Of a stretch of 64,000 nt of DNA, positions 37,141 to 51,471 are shown piece after piece (position 1 is the stretch's first letter; every line of letters begins with the position of its first letter). The translations under genes were made by a program, and so were the position numbers. The DNA comes from Amphiscolops sp. MND2022 (taxonomy: Eukaryota): positions 31,744,001-31,808,000 of the forward strand of contig OZ076412.1 of the NCBI GenBank assembly GCA_964187785.1, written 5' to 3'. The notes below the pieces were generated by a model. That model searched no databases. It was not told the origin of the DNA and was given only the letters and a program-made list of their open reading frames with translations.

Positions 37141-40100
37141 GTCATCCAGTAATAGGGGGCGAAGAACCACCCGTTGTCTGAACGAAAGGAAGAAGTTCCA
37201 TACCAACCACTATCCGAAACCCCATCATGGAAGGAATGACCAGAGAAATGGATGAACTTGTTGTATGAAACTTTGGGCTTTGTCGCCCTTTCAATTTTGA
37301 AGAAACTCATTAGTATTATTTTTATACCCCAGTGGACCGCTAGCATCAGAACACCCAACAAACTACTCATACTAGCCACTGTCCAAGTCAATTGGTAAAA
37401 CCAAGATCTAGAAAAGCTGCGATGATATATGTGTTTAAAAAATGACTATGTAATGAATTTCCTCAAACGCATCTCTGTCGCTTACAGTTCCTCAAACACA
37501 GTCCCCATTGCCAATCTGAAAAGCCATTGAAATACGTTGCCTCAAAAATGCGTGAAAAGTTTGGTCGTCGTGCGAACGATAGAGCATTTTACCAAAACGC
37601 GTTTCGATAACTTTACTGCTCTCCAAAGAAGCTTTGTACTTCCATGGCCACTGATTGGAAAAGGAATCCAGTCCATCAATTTGCGATAAGTCACTATTTT
37701 ACGTGCTTCAGCCTCAGGGGCGGGTCACAAGTCACCTGGCTTAAAATTCTGTGGCATAATTTTTTTCGTCGAGTCATTGGCCTAAAACTTTGATGAATTA
37801 GGGCCAAATCCATTCTAACTTAGGCAATGGCTAAAAACATTTTATTCAAGACCAGACCTGAAATGAATTTTTAACGAAATGTTTAGAAAACAACCATGAC
37901 AAGAAGCGAAAATTTTTACGAATTGTTTAGCGAACTTGTTCTACGGCTCAGTTGCTTTGCTCCCTTCGCCAAGGAGCAACATGATGTGTACACTGATTTA
38001 TAGGTCTTCAAAATTGGCTTTTTAGATGAAGTTGTGATGTAGCTTTGGTATGTGCGTTCTAATGAATATTGGTTTTCATTGTGTTTAGATCCGCAGGAAA
38101 TACGAAACTAGGTGTCTGGACCAGGAGACTTTTCTAGGTTATCATGCTCAAGATCATTGCTGTCAGTTTACTACATATCAGTTCAACATATCGCATGAAG
38201 ATCTTCAAATCAATTTGCGTAAGCAAAGACAAGAACAGTTTCACGACTGTCCCGGTTTTAGACTGAACCCAGAGTCCGTGAACAAGGCAAAAGACGTCTA
38301 ACAGCTATCTCATTGTGAAAAACTGGAAAATACAAGAATAAACCGGTGACACGATCTGAATAACAATACTATCACAACCGAAGGCACAACGACAGTGGTT
38401 CTTCATTGACCGATATCTCAATAAAAATTGGGCAGAGAAAAGGCTTTTTAGCATTGAGCGCTAACCCTTGTTGGATTGAAGCGTAAGACGGAAACAGAAT
38501 GCAGTACCTTGGTAATCTAAAGTGTGAGACCTTGTGGGGAAAAAGTTCATTGCGTTGACGTTGCAGTAGTCGAGTCGAGTCCAAAAAAGATTTTGAATTC
38601 ATGGGCAGAGACGTGACCCGAGTCGATCATATTTCCGAAGAGGGTACGATCAGTGGGAACAGAATAAAAACACGTTATGAGGTCCATAAAGTCAGAAGAA
38701 AAAAATTTACCATGATTAATTGTGATAACCTCAAAAAATTTAGCGAAATTTTGTTTTTACACTATTTTCGCATTTTTTACCGCATTTGGTGAGGACGAAG
38801 CCTTGGGCATTTGTTACAAAGTTTTTTGAGTCGCCCAAAAACTTTTTCCCGTGCATGGTATTATAAGATACTATTGCCCCGACAATTTTTATATTCCCGA
38901 AAATAAATTGAAAAAGTTAACACCTGACTTCTTTTCAATTACATAGACTCGAGTAGAGGACGCCATAGACCTGAGTGATGTAAAATTGAAAGTAATCATT
39001 ACAACAACCCCAGTCCCGTAATTAAAGTTGTTACACCTTCCTACGTTACTGTTGAAATAATCCAGAACCTATTAGAACAAAAAAATGAAAAAAAGTGCTG
39101 AAATTTTGTAAATTTGGTACTGTTCTCATACTGTAAAAAGGTGCAACATGAAAAAATGTTGAGAGACTTCACTTGGAACCTGCCAGGTTTCACTTGCTCA
39201 GTTTCTATTAATATAGAGAATATTGTTGCTAAGAAAACCGGTAGTGATTCCAGTGGTTATTTTTGTGGTTCTTTGGGAACCCGGGAAAATTGTTCCTGGG
39301 AGAGTTCAAAGTCTTCCCCGACAGGAGAAGCTCAAAACGAACGGAGGTTGGTGGTGTAATTTTCGTAGCACTAGCAATACTAGTAGTTGAAAAATTTAAG
39401 CCGCAGTTTTGCTTGAAATTCGTGTGGAATTGACGCAATAATCTAATTTTATTTGAGCATGGTGTGATATCTCCGGGATATCCCAGGACCAATACTTCTT
39501 CATTTTCGCTCACATGGTAGCAAATCCCAACGATTTGTGTATTTTGAGAAGCTTGTTACCGCCCAGCATAAGGAAAGTTACTTTGTTGTGAAGTTAGTCC
39601 CGAAAAAGTGACATCAAAGGTACATCATAGTTTTGTCATTTCGGATCACTGCATATCGGCCCGGGCACCCCCTATTTGTTTTACTGTTACTTGAACATAA
39701 TTCACGCTGGATGATAGAAAACCTAGAAAACCGAGTTTGATAGAAAGTGTGGTTTTCATAACTCAATCGATTTTCCTAACAACAGTGTTGAACAACCGTA
39801 TTTCACGTATAGTCAGTTTTAGCGCAGTCGGCAATCAGTTCCCCTAAATTCAGCTAGTATAGTACACGTTGTGGAATTTTCAGGATGCTCGTACAATGAA
39901 AAGTGTTTCTGTCAGGCGTGCGTTTCGACAAAAAATACCCTGTTTCGGCAAAATGTGAACAAAAACTGCAAATTTTTAACTATCAAAAGCCTAAACAAGT
40001 GCGGTAACAACCTCATCGCTACCCCTGAAACCCGTATAACGAATATCTGTACGCCAGTGATTAGACCATCCAAAAATCTTGGTCTACCAAAAAACGGCCT

Positions 40101-40989
40101 ACGAGACGTAGTATTTGAAAATTCAAAAATCTAGTTTTTGCTCTCAACAGTCTTCAAAGTTCCCTAACTGCAAAATTTTAGTCGAGATGACTTATACTCA
40201 GTGACTAGCACGCATTGATTGGCGTTTCTAGAAGTTTAAGTTTTGTACGCGCGTCTCAGAAAAGAACATCAAGTATAGTAGTCCCAAGTGAATCCAAAAA
40301 TTGCGCTTTCTCTGATCGTGCTTCGATCGCGAAAGGCAAAAATTCTCCAAAGTAAGTGTCATGGTGTCTACGCTCCCCCAAGGTCTAACTTCAATCCCCG
40401 CCATTCCCTTGCAACGCCACTTGTGCTCTCTGACTAAAGAACAGTGCAAGTAACCAAAGTACGTTTAGAGCGCCAAACGCCGTGATCACTTTTCTGATCA
40501 ACTGAAACGTTTGCCCCAAAATCTTTTGATTCAGTCAACCGCAAGTTGTGTTCTGCGGTCAATCAAATCTTAGTGTAGGATATAGTATAGTTAACATTTT
40601 CTTAGAGTTGCTCTTTTCAGTTGAGTATTAGATATACGCAAATCAAAACATTAGAAAATTTATTCAATTAGCAGAAGTAAAATTTTGTTTTGAGCAATTT
40701 GCTGGTGTTTTACGATAGCCATAGTATTCCGAGAGTAACGACTCGAAAGTCATTTACTTACCACCACCACCAATAGTAGTAGACTTAATAGAGGTGAGCT
40801 CTAGAAGACAAAACTTCGATTGAGTCTTTGCGTGAGTCAAGAAGAGTTGAGAGCCCTTATCGCCTAGACCCCTCATAACTTTCCTAGTTCCAAAGGGAAG
40901 CAGCGAGTGAGTGCAGGCGTTGACAAAAAAATTTTAGTGCCCTTGGAAAAAGGATCGAATTCGAAGTCGACAACGAATGCGTGAGCCAG

Positions 40990-43900
40990 AGAGTCAATTC
41001 GATCCATGGACCAGTGAACACCAGCGCCCAGCAGATTCACGGCACTGATCCATTGGAATAATGGAAAAAATGTCCAGGCTGAGTGCACGGCTGAGAACGT
41101 CACGGACGGCAAAATAGTCGATATGGTTTCAGGCTGAGCAATACCCGGAGATTACGCATGTAAGCCAGCCCAAATGGTCGCGAGCATCTTCCGACAGTGC
41201 TAATGCAATGAGTGACGCCGCGGGACGCCCAGGGTATACCTGCCCTCCACTGATGCTACAATAGATGTTGTAGAAGACAATCCTAATACTAACAAGAGAC
41301 AAGAAACTGAGGAAGACACATCTGAGTTGTGAGTGGTTTAGGGAAGTAGGCGCAAACGTGACTCCAAGTTGAGTGAATCCAAGATGAGAAGCAAGCGTGG
41401 CCCCACTGGGTTCTGGGGCGCCTGGGCCTAGCGCCAACAGGAATCCATTTACAAACGCAACGTCTAGGACCACTCCGGGAACTCCGCTGAGCACTGCAAC
41501 AGAAAAAGTTAGAAAGAGGGGAGAAACTAACCCCTTGAGTTATACGTTTCGTACCTCGCCATTCCTAACAACCTGCGTATGTATTGACCAGTTGGAGAGA
41601 TCAGCAGGCAAATGAAGCGCGTACTGCGCCAGACTCAACATGTACGAGAAGAATTAAAGATTCACAATTGATCAGAGAAGAATTCGGTCAAAGTCAAGCC
41701 AAATTGCTGCAAGTTCAGACAAGGCGCGCCCAAGAGAATATTGAGCATCTTCAGTGAGCAGAATGGATATTAGTGGGGATGGACGACGAAATGAGAAAGA
41801 GATGACCGTGATGAAAATGGAAGAGCGGATTTGTCAGGGCGAGTTGGAGTCCTCAATTGCATCGAACAATGATTTAATAACGCATCGAGAAGCACTAGCT
41901 GACACTCGAATGACAAAGATGTCTACTATCATGAAGGAAGGAGATCGCCAAACTGTCAAAATTGATTCAACACAGAGACTCGGAAGACAATAAACGCACG
42001 GTGAAACTTGGAGTGAGGACTACAGACACAGTAGTGGCACAGTCGGCTACAGGATCGAGTCACGCTTTATCGATGCCAACAGCAACAACATAGGCAAACG
42101 CTTTTCCACTAGAGCATTTCAGCGCAATAACTGACATATAGAAAAGAAGGTCCTGCTACCAGCAGGCCACAGACACAGTACACTAAGCAAGCAAGGCTCC
42201 AACCACCTTCATTGTATTAAAGCGAACCACAAAAACAAGTTGTCGATACCGGATCAAGCTGAACTGCTGTGCGGTGACACAGGAACAGACCCGATGACAG
42301 ACCTGTCAACATTCGACCCGAGGAGTGTCAACGCCCGGAGATTATTGCTCAGCTGCCAGAGGCATGACAACTCACGGCTCAAATTGCCACACGGCACATT
42401 CAATAGTGCCAAAACCAATCCACCTGTATTGTCCTTCGGAGACAGCTTCTTTACGGTGACAACCTTACGGAGACAACGACGGCCGCTTGCCTCCAGCACG
42501 CAAAGAAAGACAAATACAAAATAAGCTTAGACCTAGAGGCAGTGGCGTAAGAACCTGAGTGCGTAACCCTGAGGACAGTGCAGAGTCACATGCTGGCGAA
42601 AGAAATCACCACCGCTATGTCCGAAAGTTGGAACCGATGCTAGCGGCGAAAGAATTCACAAACAAGCATACCAAGTACCGCGGAACATGCGTTGGTAACG
42701 TCTACGGGTGGATGATGCTAAAGAATCGATATCTGGAGAAGGCACATGCGAAGGCAACAGCATGGAAGATCATCGAATTTCTAGACACAGCCTGGAAGGT
42801 CATCGAATTTCGAGAAAATGAAGCGCGAGACTTTATCCCCAAACAGTCAAAAGCTGAAAGGGATACTGACGAAGAAGTATTTGCGCTTTTTCCACGTAGG
42901 TTGGGAACGGGTTCCAATGAGATCCAAATCCAATAACAGGACCGCACGAGCTATCAGACTAACGATATTGATAATTAGCATTTTATCGATGCCTTCGAGG
43001 GCTTGCGCTGTGACGGTTTTCCAAATCAAAAAGTGGCTGAACGACACTACGGAATCATGCAATAGTTCATAGAAGGAGCACGTAAATTTGAACAGAAGGA
43101 AAACCTTGCTCTCATGTTCGCTCAAGAGCAATATGTGGAGGAGCCTCCAACGGTGGATGCACGAGGATATACTGTACAGCACTACCTACGAATTCGTGGC
43201 TCTGCTCGCACCGAACATTACCCAGCAGCCACGCAACAACAAGCCCCGCCCTTGAATCCACCACACCATACGGCACTGCCGCGTGCGTCTAACGTACAGC
43301 AGCAACCTCAGCAGCCTTCGGCTTCTAGGTAACATCTACAACAGGCATGCTTTAATTGTAGCGATCCTTCACACTTTGAAGCAGATTGCCGAGCGAGGAA
43401 ACCATTACCCTAACAAGTCAATTCGTCCACACCAACCCATCAGGCGAATGAATTTGACCCTCAAACCCAGAAGGTATCAATTGCACGCTACTGGTCCAAG
43501 CTACCGTGGCATTCTGTGTTCTTTGCTGACGAACTGGGCACGTAGTGTCTAAAAGCAGGACATCCGAAGGTATGAGGCAAGACGAACAAATAAGGGCGGC
43601 CTGCCCCGCCGTGACTTTGAGCGAGACCATAGACTCTAATGACCAAGTCGGAGTGATTACGATAGCAGGAGACCCCTCGCGACCCGTAGTGACTACTTGC
43701 GGTGAGAAGCAGATACTGACCACATGGAGGCTACTGCACCTAACTGTAGGGAGATCAAAATTTCAATTGATTTCCTGCTATCAGCAAAACAAAAACCTTG
43801 ACACGACATGACGTTAGCTCAGCTCAAAGAGGAGCTGTGACGTAATATCTATCAAACACAAGTTTGCCTTGAGACCACTACCTCACTTCACTAGGGATGA

Positions 43901-46900
43901 CGAGACGAAGCTAAGCTAGCGCAAGTTGAGAAGGTCAACAAAATAGGTCCCGTTCCAGTAGCCATCAATGTAGACAGCGAAGACATCAGATTCGACACCA
44001 TAGTGGTCCTTGAAGGACATTTTCCTTGAAGGCTGTGATTAGATAGGCAATAGTTGAGATGTTACAAAATATAGGCGTTCAGGTGTTTCCATTATCTCCT
44101 TGAGCGCGTACCAAAAGGTCGCCTGAGCGCACGCCCTTAGCCTATTGCCTTACGACATTCAACTATACGCTGCCAATGGCAAACGTATCAACAAGATTGG
44201 CCTTGCGGAAGACGTTAGCATTAAGCCAGGGGGAGACACTTCCTTAAAGCTAGTTTCATTGTCATGGCTGACCGCTTGGGAGCCGAAATTGTCCAGCTGG
44301 GACCAATTTGTTACGAACGTACAACATTCTTGCGGAGCTCAAAGCAATGCGGGTGACCATAAGAGACCCCAAGACACCTAGTTTTTTCAAGGCAATACAC
44401 GAGTTGAGTGAAAACGAAGCATACGTCGTGGTTACAGCCGGAGAAGTATTCTTCGAACCCTCTGAACGCAGAATAGTAAGAGCAAAAAGTATAACGCAAC
44501 AACTCAACGAGTTTCATTTTTGAAAGGTATTATTGCACCCTTACACCCTATGAACAACACTCCGTTTCTTTTAGAAGACACAGTAACTTCAGTGGCGGAA
44601 GATGGCGTTGCATACCTGGCCCTCCAAAACAAAAGTGCGAATGGGGGTTTTTACTGGAAACAACAAACAGCAGTAAGAGAAGCGGCACTTAAACACTGTG
44701 TTACCTCTCTTTCTATGAAAAACAATTTAGAAATTACTGAGCTATCAGCTCAAAATGTCAAGACAGAATACAAAGAACGAAGTTCGGACCGAGCTCGGAA
44801 TTCAGTTCACTCGCACAAATAATTTTATCAACCAGAGAGGAGTCGGACGTAAGATTATCCGGGAATGAGATCCGCAGAAGAACATATCCTCAATTGCTGA
44901 AATTCCATTCTTCTTTGGGGGTGGTGGAGGCTAAGGGAAACCTAACTGACATTTTGAGTGAACACGAACACTTATTCATGAAAAACAAAGCAGATATTGG
45001 ACGATGCAAAATAGCAACACATCGCATAGAGCTGGAGCCCGATGCCATGTCGTGGGCTAGTAGGATAGTAATGATTAAAAAAAAGACAGGCGAACTTTTG
45101 CTGTGACATCTGACAGCTGAACGATGTGACAATAAAGGATGCATTTTCGCTTCCTAGGATAGATCAGGGTCTCTCTACTATAAGCATTGCAAAATTCCAT
45201 ACTAGCACGGATTTGGTGTGGGTCTTCAGTCGTATACCGCTGAAGAAACGAGACAAGAGAAATACCGCATTCGCGTGTGAGCTAGGCTTCTCCGAAGGGC
45301 GACGCATGCCATTCAAGCTGTCCAGTGCATTTTCCAAAGATCGATTACCAGAGCAGTGCAAAAGACCCAACAGCAAAATGGTTGTGTTCCGATGGCCTAT
45401 ATCGATGCTGTAATCAATGCAACAGAAACCATTGAGGATCACTTAGTAGGGATTAACGAAATGTTTTAATATTTCCGAGAGGCAAGTTTCAAATTGATTG
45501 CTGAGTAATGCAATTTTATGCAAACAGAAACCAAATCCCTATAATGGGTGGTTTCAGCAGAAGGCATAAAGCCGGACCCAGAAACAGCTAGCAAAATCTA
45601 AGACTGAATGCCCTCAAGAAAGAAGGAGGAAGAGCAAAGTCTCCTTGGACTTGCAAACAATTACAGAGACTTCATTCCTTTTCACGTTTCTAAGGTACGA
45701 AATATGCAGCAGCTACTGAGGAAAAACCAAGACTTCTTCTCGATTGAGAAACACCAAGAAGCGTTTGACTCAGTGAAACAGGCAGTTGCTGATGCCACAG
45801 TTTCGGCTGTGCCAAATGAAAAAAGAAGATTTGTGTTAGATACCGACTGCAGTTGCAATAGCCGGGTTCCTACACCAAAAACAAGAACACAATGGAAAGA
45901 CCACCTGACGACCTATCGCTTATGGCAGTAAGTCGCAAACGCGGAGTCAGATCAATTGCGGAGCCCCTAAATTGGAAATGTACGCAGTCTTTTACTTTAC
46001 CGAGAAACTTCACTCAAACCTTGCGCGTCGAGAATTCACGCTTCGCATGGATAACCAAGCTCTCTCATGGCGGAACACATATTCCATGGATCAAGCCATG
46101 ATTGGACGCTGGATAGCACGCTTCGACCAGTACCACTTCACAACAATTCACAGACCGCAGACGCAACACCGAAACGCAGATGGCCTTAGGAAAAGGGCGA
46201 ACGATTACGTGCATTGGGAAAAATCCTTGAGACTTTACCTGAAGTAGCGAGGTTTTCAGCTTCATGTCACAGAACGATTATGACGACCTCCCCACGGTAC
46301 CATACTTTGACATCAAACGGGGACGAATTATACCAGATCATTCTAAGCTTCCAGCGCAACTTCCTGTAAAGTACCTTTTGAAAACGAGACGATCAAATGA
46401 AGAACCAACGCGAGACCAGTTTCTGAACGTCATTGCTTGGTACCCAGAGGTACATTGGGAAACGACATCCATGGCATCCGCGAATGATATACCAAACTGC
46501 ATCCCCAGCCTCACAACCCGAGTGCCACCAGCCGTCTAGATACAACTCAGTGCGACCCAGCGTTGCGCTGATTGCCTACGACGTGTCAAGAACAGGACGA
46601 CGTCCTCAGGCTGGTAGGAACTGATCCACACGAGGATCAGTCAATCATGCGTAACCTGGGGGACCTGCACGAAGCACAAAAGAGGGAGGCACATTCTTTG
46701 GCGTTGAAAAAACGCATGAAAGACTAACCATTGAGCGATGCCCTGTTCATAGAAGACATAAAGGATTTATCGAAGCGATACTATCACCAAAAGAAAGATT
46801 CGCTGTTCATGAGTCCCGATAGTATATTGTGTGTCAATTACGCTCCGCAACAATGTGCAATGCACCTACGACCATGCATGATCATCATGCCACAACTGTC

Positions 46901-48000
46901 AACACGAGATTTTGTACACAGCGCACATTGAGTCTGGGGAACAAGGGGTAGGGAAGGTGCTAGCAAGGATACAGGGGAGACACACATAGTCAGGCGTCAA
47001 ACGTAATATGTCAACCACATTTAACATTGCCTAACGTATCAACAAACAAAACATCCCGTTCGGAACACCTGCAACCCATTGCAGAGCATCAATAGAAGAA
47101 ACTTCAGCGACTTAGTTCATTATAATCACTTTAAACTATGCAAAACGATGTCAGTAAACACAGGAATCTTAGTCATTATAAATCATTTCAAGAAGTTTGC
47201 AGAAGCAATCCCGTGTGCTCACGACGAAAATGACGCCCAACCAACCGCCAAGATATTTCTAACCAAGTTGCTTGCCAGGCATGGAACTCCTGCCACAATG
47301 CAATTGGACAACGCAATAAATTTTACAGCGGAAATAGCACAAGAACTCACGAAAGCCTCACCCGGTAATGAAGTAATTTCCGCTCCCGCTCACCCGTGGG
47401 AGTATTGGTTTGGTGGAAATACAAAACAGGACATTTCTCACCTTGCTGAGAGTCTACAGGTCTCGTAGAACGCTAGACTGGGACGGGCACATGACGGAGT
47501 CTAAAGTGGCTAAAAGTTCCACTAGGCTCACAACGATGGGACTTTCATCATACATGCTCCAGTATGGAGTTGAAACGTTAATCCCGCTCTCATTCAAACA
47601 TTCTGAATTCGCAGCGCGAGGGATTGAGTCTAAAGAAGAATTCGTAAAACACCTCTCAGTCAAACAGCAGGATCTTCATGAACTAGAAGGCAGAAACACA
47701 GATCAAGCACAGTTTAGACAAAAGTGGAAGTTTGACAGACCTTAAAAGCGAACACACGCTGTAATTAGTGCTCTTTGTGTTTTTTGCCACATAATCCCGA
47801 AAGATGAAAACCGCAAACTAATTCAGGCCTGGCGTGGACTTCACAAGATCAACGACTTGTTGCAAGACCGTAGGTTGTATGTACTAGACACAGGCCAGAA
47901 GGTCCCTTTTGAGCCTTTGAAAAAATTTCTGCATGTACAATGGGTTTGGGCAGCCCATGAACCCTTTGGGTTGGGCCAAAATGAAGCAATCATAGCAGAC
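40990..48000 (+). mobile_element. Heavily decayed Ty3/Gypsy gag-pol
   Basis: Gag knuckle CFNCSDPSHFEADC (43348-43389); RT WASRIV..KKK, KDAFSLPRID, YIDA at 45398-45409 (decayed YxDD); RNase H FVLDTD, LEMYAV, MDNQAL, HRNADGL; integrase ILVIINHFKKFAEAIP, QLDNA, VEIQNRT. Many stops and frameshifts. Confidence 0.9.
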
Positions 48001-49128
48001 CCATACGTGGAAGAAAGCAACGAGGAGAAAACATCTGACATATCGCGAGTCTCCTCTTTGCCGGAACAACAAAAGAGGCATCATTTGAAATGCAACCAAC
48101 CACACGGGTCCCACCTCGCACGATTCACACGGGCACTCAAACATGGCTGGAACAAGGAGTTCCTCCAAGGCGATTCAGTCACTTTGGATATCCGTCCGAA
48201 TCAGAATGAGACAACGAAATAATTGAACAACCAATAACAGACCTACAACAACCACTTCCCAGAGCTGGACGATCTCGAAGCTCTATTCACAGATCAAAAA
48301 GGAGTACTGCCGGAGGAGCCCACACGAAGCCTTTTACCCCCATTACCTGGAACACCGGCACCTCTAACTTCAAACCCTGTACTGACAGACACACATAGCA
48401 ATTAATTTCCTGTTCCCAAGCTGGCTACTCAAGACAATCATAGCCAGTATTCGAAGATGAACCCGACAAAGCCTCAGTCACCTGGCGGATCAACAAACTA
48501 CAGAAAGAGGCCACGAGGAAGGAATTACTACTCCAAAATTTAGAACCACCGCAACTTCAAGCAGACCAATCACTAGATCGAAAAGAGGACCCAGAGGCAA
48601 GAATAACACTAGAGCTGAATCGAGAGGCTTGGAACCAGCTATGACTTTGCCATTTATTTTGGAGAACACATCACAAGAACCGCAAGACACAGAACTAATT
48701 ATTTTATCACAAGCACAGCCATACCAATCGAGACTGAATCGGGCACCAAAATGCAATAGCGGAACCTGCTATTCGGAGGAAGGTGTCTGGTGGTGCAGCC
48801 TAAAAGCATACCGAACTATGGTTCTTGTAACTGCAGTTGTGTAAACTTAAACGAGCAAAACTCACCGGACAAAAAAGAGGCCCGGGGAGCAGAGATTCCC
48901 TCCCAAGAGTCTTAGAAACCAAGCACACTATATCAGCCCCAATGCGAGATTTTCAAAATTCAGGCCAAGAAACAAAAGTCTTCTACAGTACACCACATAA
49001 GGATAACATTAAAGAAAACATACTCAAGCATTGAACTCAGGCTGGCTCTGAGAGCAATGAATAACACCTCACTATTGGATTATTCCAACTACCGCTTTAA
49101 GGAATGAACTTAGCACGAAAAGAGTGGA

Positions 49129-50082
49129 ATGGAGTTCACTCTAGCAGCAAGAATCACACCATCGATATTTTTTGGGAAGATAGATCCTGAGGATGGAACA
49201 CAAACGATACGCTCTATCCCTGCACAACTAATGTGGTTTCAAAATGGTATAACGCGTCCACTCCTTGAGATGTATACAATCCGACTGACGGTTGGTGTCT
49301 GCTAGTGGTCCTCCTTAGACGAAACATCACCGGTGTCACCAAGAAAGTTGCTAACTTGCCAAGGAAATCCACGCACACTCCTAGACTTTGACAGCACATT
49401 CAAATCCTTCCATCTTGCGGATATATTTTGCGAGAAACTTCTCGGTCAGCAATGGTTGGAACTAATAGCCAAGGTTTTTCATCGACAAGCATAGATACGC
49501 ATTCTAGACACACACACGTCTTTCTTTGAAACACCCGTAACGGTGCTTGAAGCACTTTCCATGGTCCATGATTAAGCAAGTACGAACATGGAAGATCGCC
49601 CGCTGCGCCGTATGTTATGGCAAGACCGCAAAGCCATACTTGAACACCTTTCACCACCTTGCAACGATCAACGTGTCATGACAGGAAAGTGTCTGGCGGT
49701 ACAGCCTAAAAGCAGACCGAACTATGTATCGTGGGTCAAATATGACAACACCGACATTCTTCAAGCACGTGGTACTGTGACGATATGTTGTCCGGCGGAC
49801 TTGATGTCCTGCTAAGCAAGGGCTCGTTACGTGATCAGAGAATATGGCCAAGAGAACATTTTCAGGCGATGCCCGGCCGTAGGACAGACAGTACACCTTG
49901 CCAACTCTCCGACCACACCGTGGAATAACGATAATTTTCTCATCTTCACTCGTGCATACAGCAAACATTCACTACTGCACGAACTTTTACATCAATGCCT
50001 TGCAGACTTGGTCATTGAACTCACACAAAAACGATTTTCCATAGAAGATCCGGAAAGGTCCATTTTCATCCTACCAATGTGA
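49129..50082 (+). pseudogene. Accessory ORF downstream of pol ending in a macrodomain-like (TARG1/OARD1/Poa1p-type) module
   Basis: ORFs 49588..49815 and 49831..50082 and the ATG at 49129 share one frame broken by isolated stops. The C-terminal ~110 aa (TDILQARGTVTICCPADL...YVIREYG...PAVGQTVHL...LIFTR...LLHQCLADL...ILP) follow the TARG1-type pattern. Confidence 0.55.
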
Positions 50083-51471
50083 TACGCGGTGCAGAGAGAT
50101 CATTGTATTGAGTCTAACATAATCATAGTCCTACACGTTTCAAAAGCGTCTATCAATGCAAAAAAACCAGAGCGAAAACAAAAATTCGCCTGCTTTCAAT
50201 TCCAATTTTAATACTTGTGTAACCTGTAATTAACATGAACGGATTTCGTCTATCGTAGTACAACGTTCTTAACGTTTATTTCCGTTTCGTTCAAGTTTAC
50301 CAACCGAAAAATATTTTATGACCAAAAAGGAGCTTGATTTTTCAGTTGTATCCTGTTTTGATGCACTTGCGCGGAATTCAATCACTATACCAACTATCTC
50401 ATTGTTCATTTCACCGCGCCAACCCAGTATTGGAAACCTCATACTGCGTTAGAATGCCAGCTCCCACACCATCTCAACAAGGGCAACCCGAAAACGTGCC
50501 AAGCAGCCACCAGCAAGTACCTGCGACAGGGACCTCCACTGTTGTAGCCCCTCTAAGGGAACTACTATATGGCAGAATAGACCAGGTTTCTCTAGTGGAA
50601 CACAAATTGAGAACGGTAGCAAGGCCGACTCTAGTACCGGGGAATTCCCATATTGATGTCGCAATTGCACTTACAAGAGCAACGTCCAGATCTAGTATTG
50701 ACTATCTCCAGTGGTTTGACTGAATACAGTGGTTCGTTCCGCCGCACTGCAGAGTTCCATGAAGGAATATGGCGCGGAGAGGACTTAAACCGTCCCTTTG
50801 ATGTCCAAAGATCACTCATGACCTACGTTGAGCCTACTGACCCATGTATCAGAGAGATATGTTAGGATACACTCACAGCTCGCACAACCAACGATGGTTC
50901 AGCAGTTGCAACGAATCAGTCAAGGACTTGTGCCAACTCCAGAACAACAACAGTTTACATGCACGCTGCCTACCATACCCCCTTCCATTATGACACGCGC
51001 AATATTTCAAGCACAAATAGGAGTAAAGTTATTAATCCAGGCTAACTAAAACCCCATGCTCCCTTCTTCATTCCAGGGGAAGGGCTGCGAACAACAAACA
51101 GAACCACAGGGGACGACTCAGCGTGATCAGTTGCTGCATAATGATCAAGGCAACCGAAAACGTTCCAAGACTCCTATGACATGGCGCTGACACCCGTGTC
51201 TTCAAGAGATGATGGACCCAAAAGTGGCACACATTACCTTGTAGGTTACCAAGCGAGAGGGCTAAAGACAACAGCAGCGTGCTGAAAGCCAACAAGACTT
51301 GAGAACCAAGTTAGTTGGAAAACCTAACACAGAAAAAGCCGGCGAGGGATGAAGCCAGTAGAACCACGAACCCCTTACCCACACAACAGCCAGATGCTAG
51401 AAGGGTGAAGTTTTCAAGGGAACTGCTGTCGCAAGCTGAGACGTACCAACTAGACACAACAGTGTGTCTGC

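Noticed and set aside
37113-37391. Aromatic/Gly-rich ORF as a host exon
   Set aside because: It abuts the LINE endonuclease relic, has no clear splice sites and matches no family I recognise.
39229-39513. VLVLGYPGD as a V8/trypsin-like protease motif
   Set aside because: It is only nine residues with no catalytic His/Asp/Ser context.
39700-40990. 5' LTR/PBS for the second Gypsy
   Set aside because: I found no sequence matching 51480 onward and no convincing TGG-type PBS.
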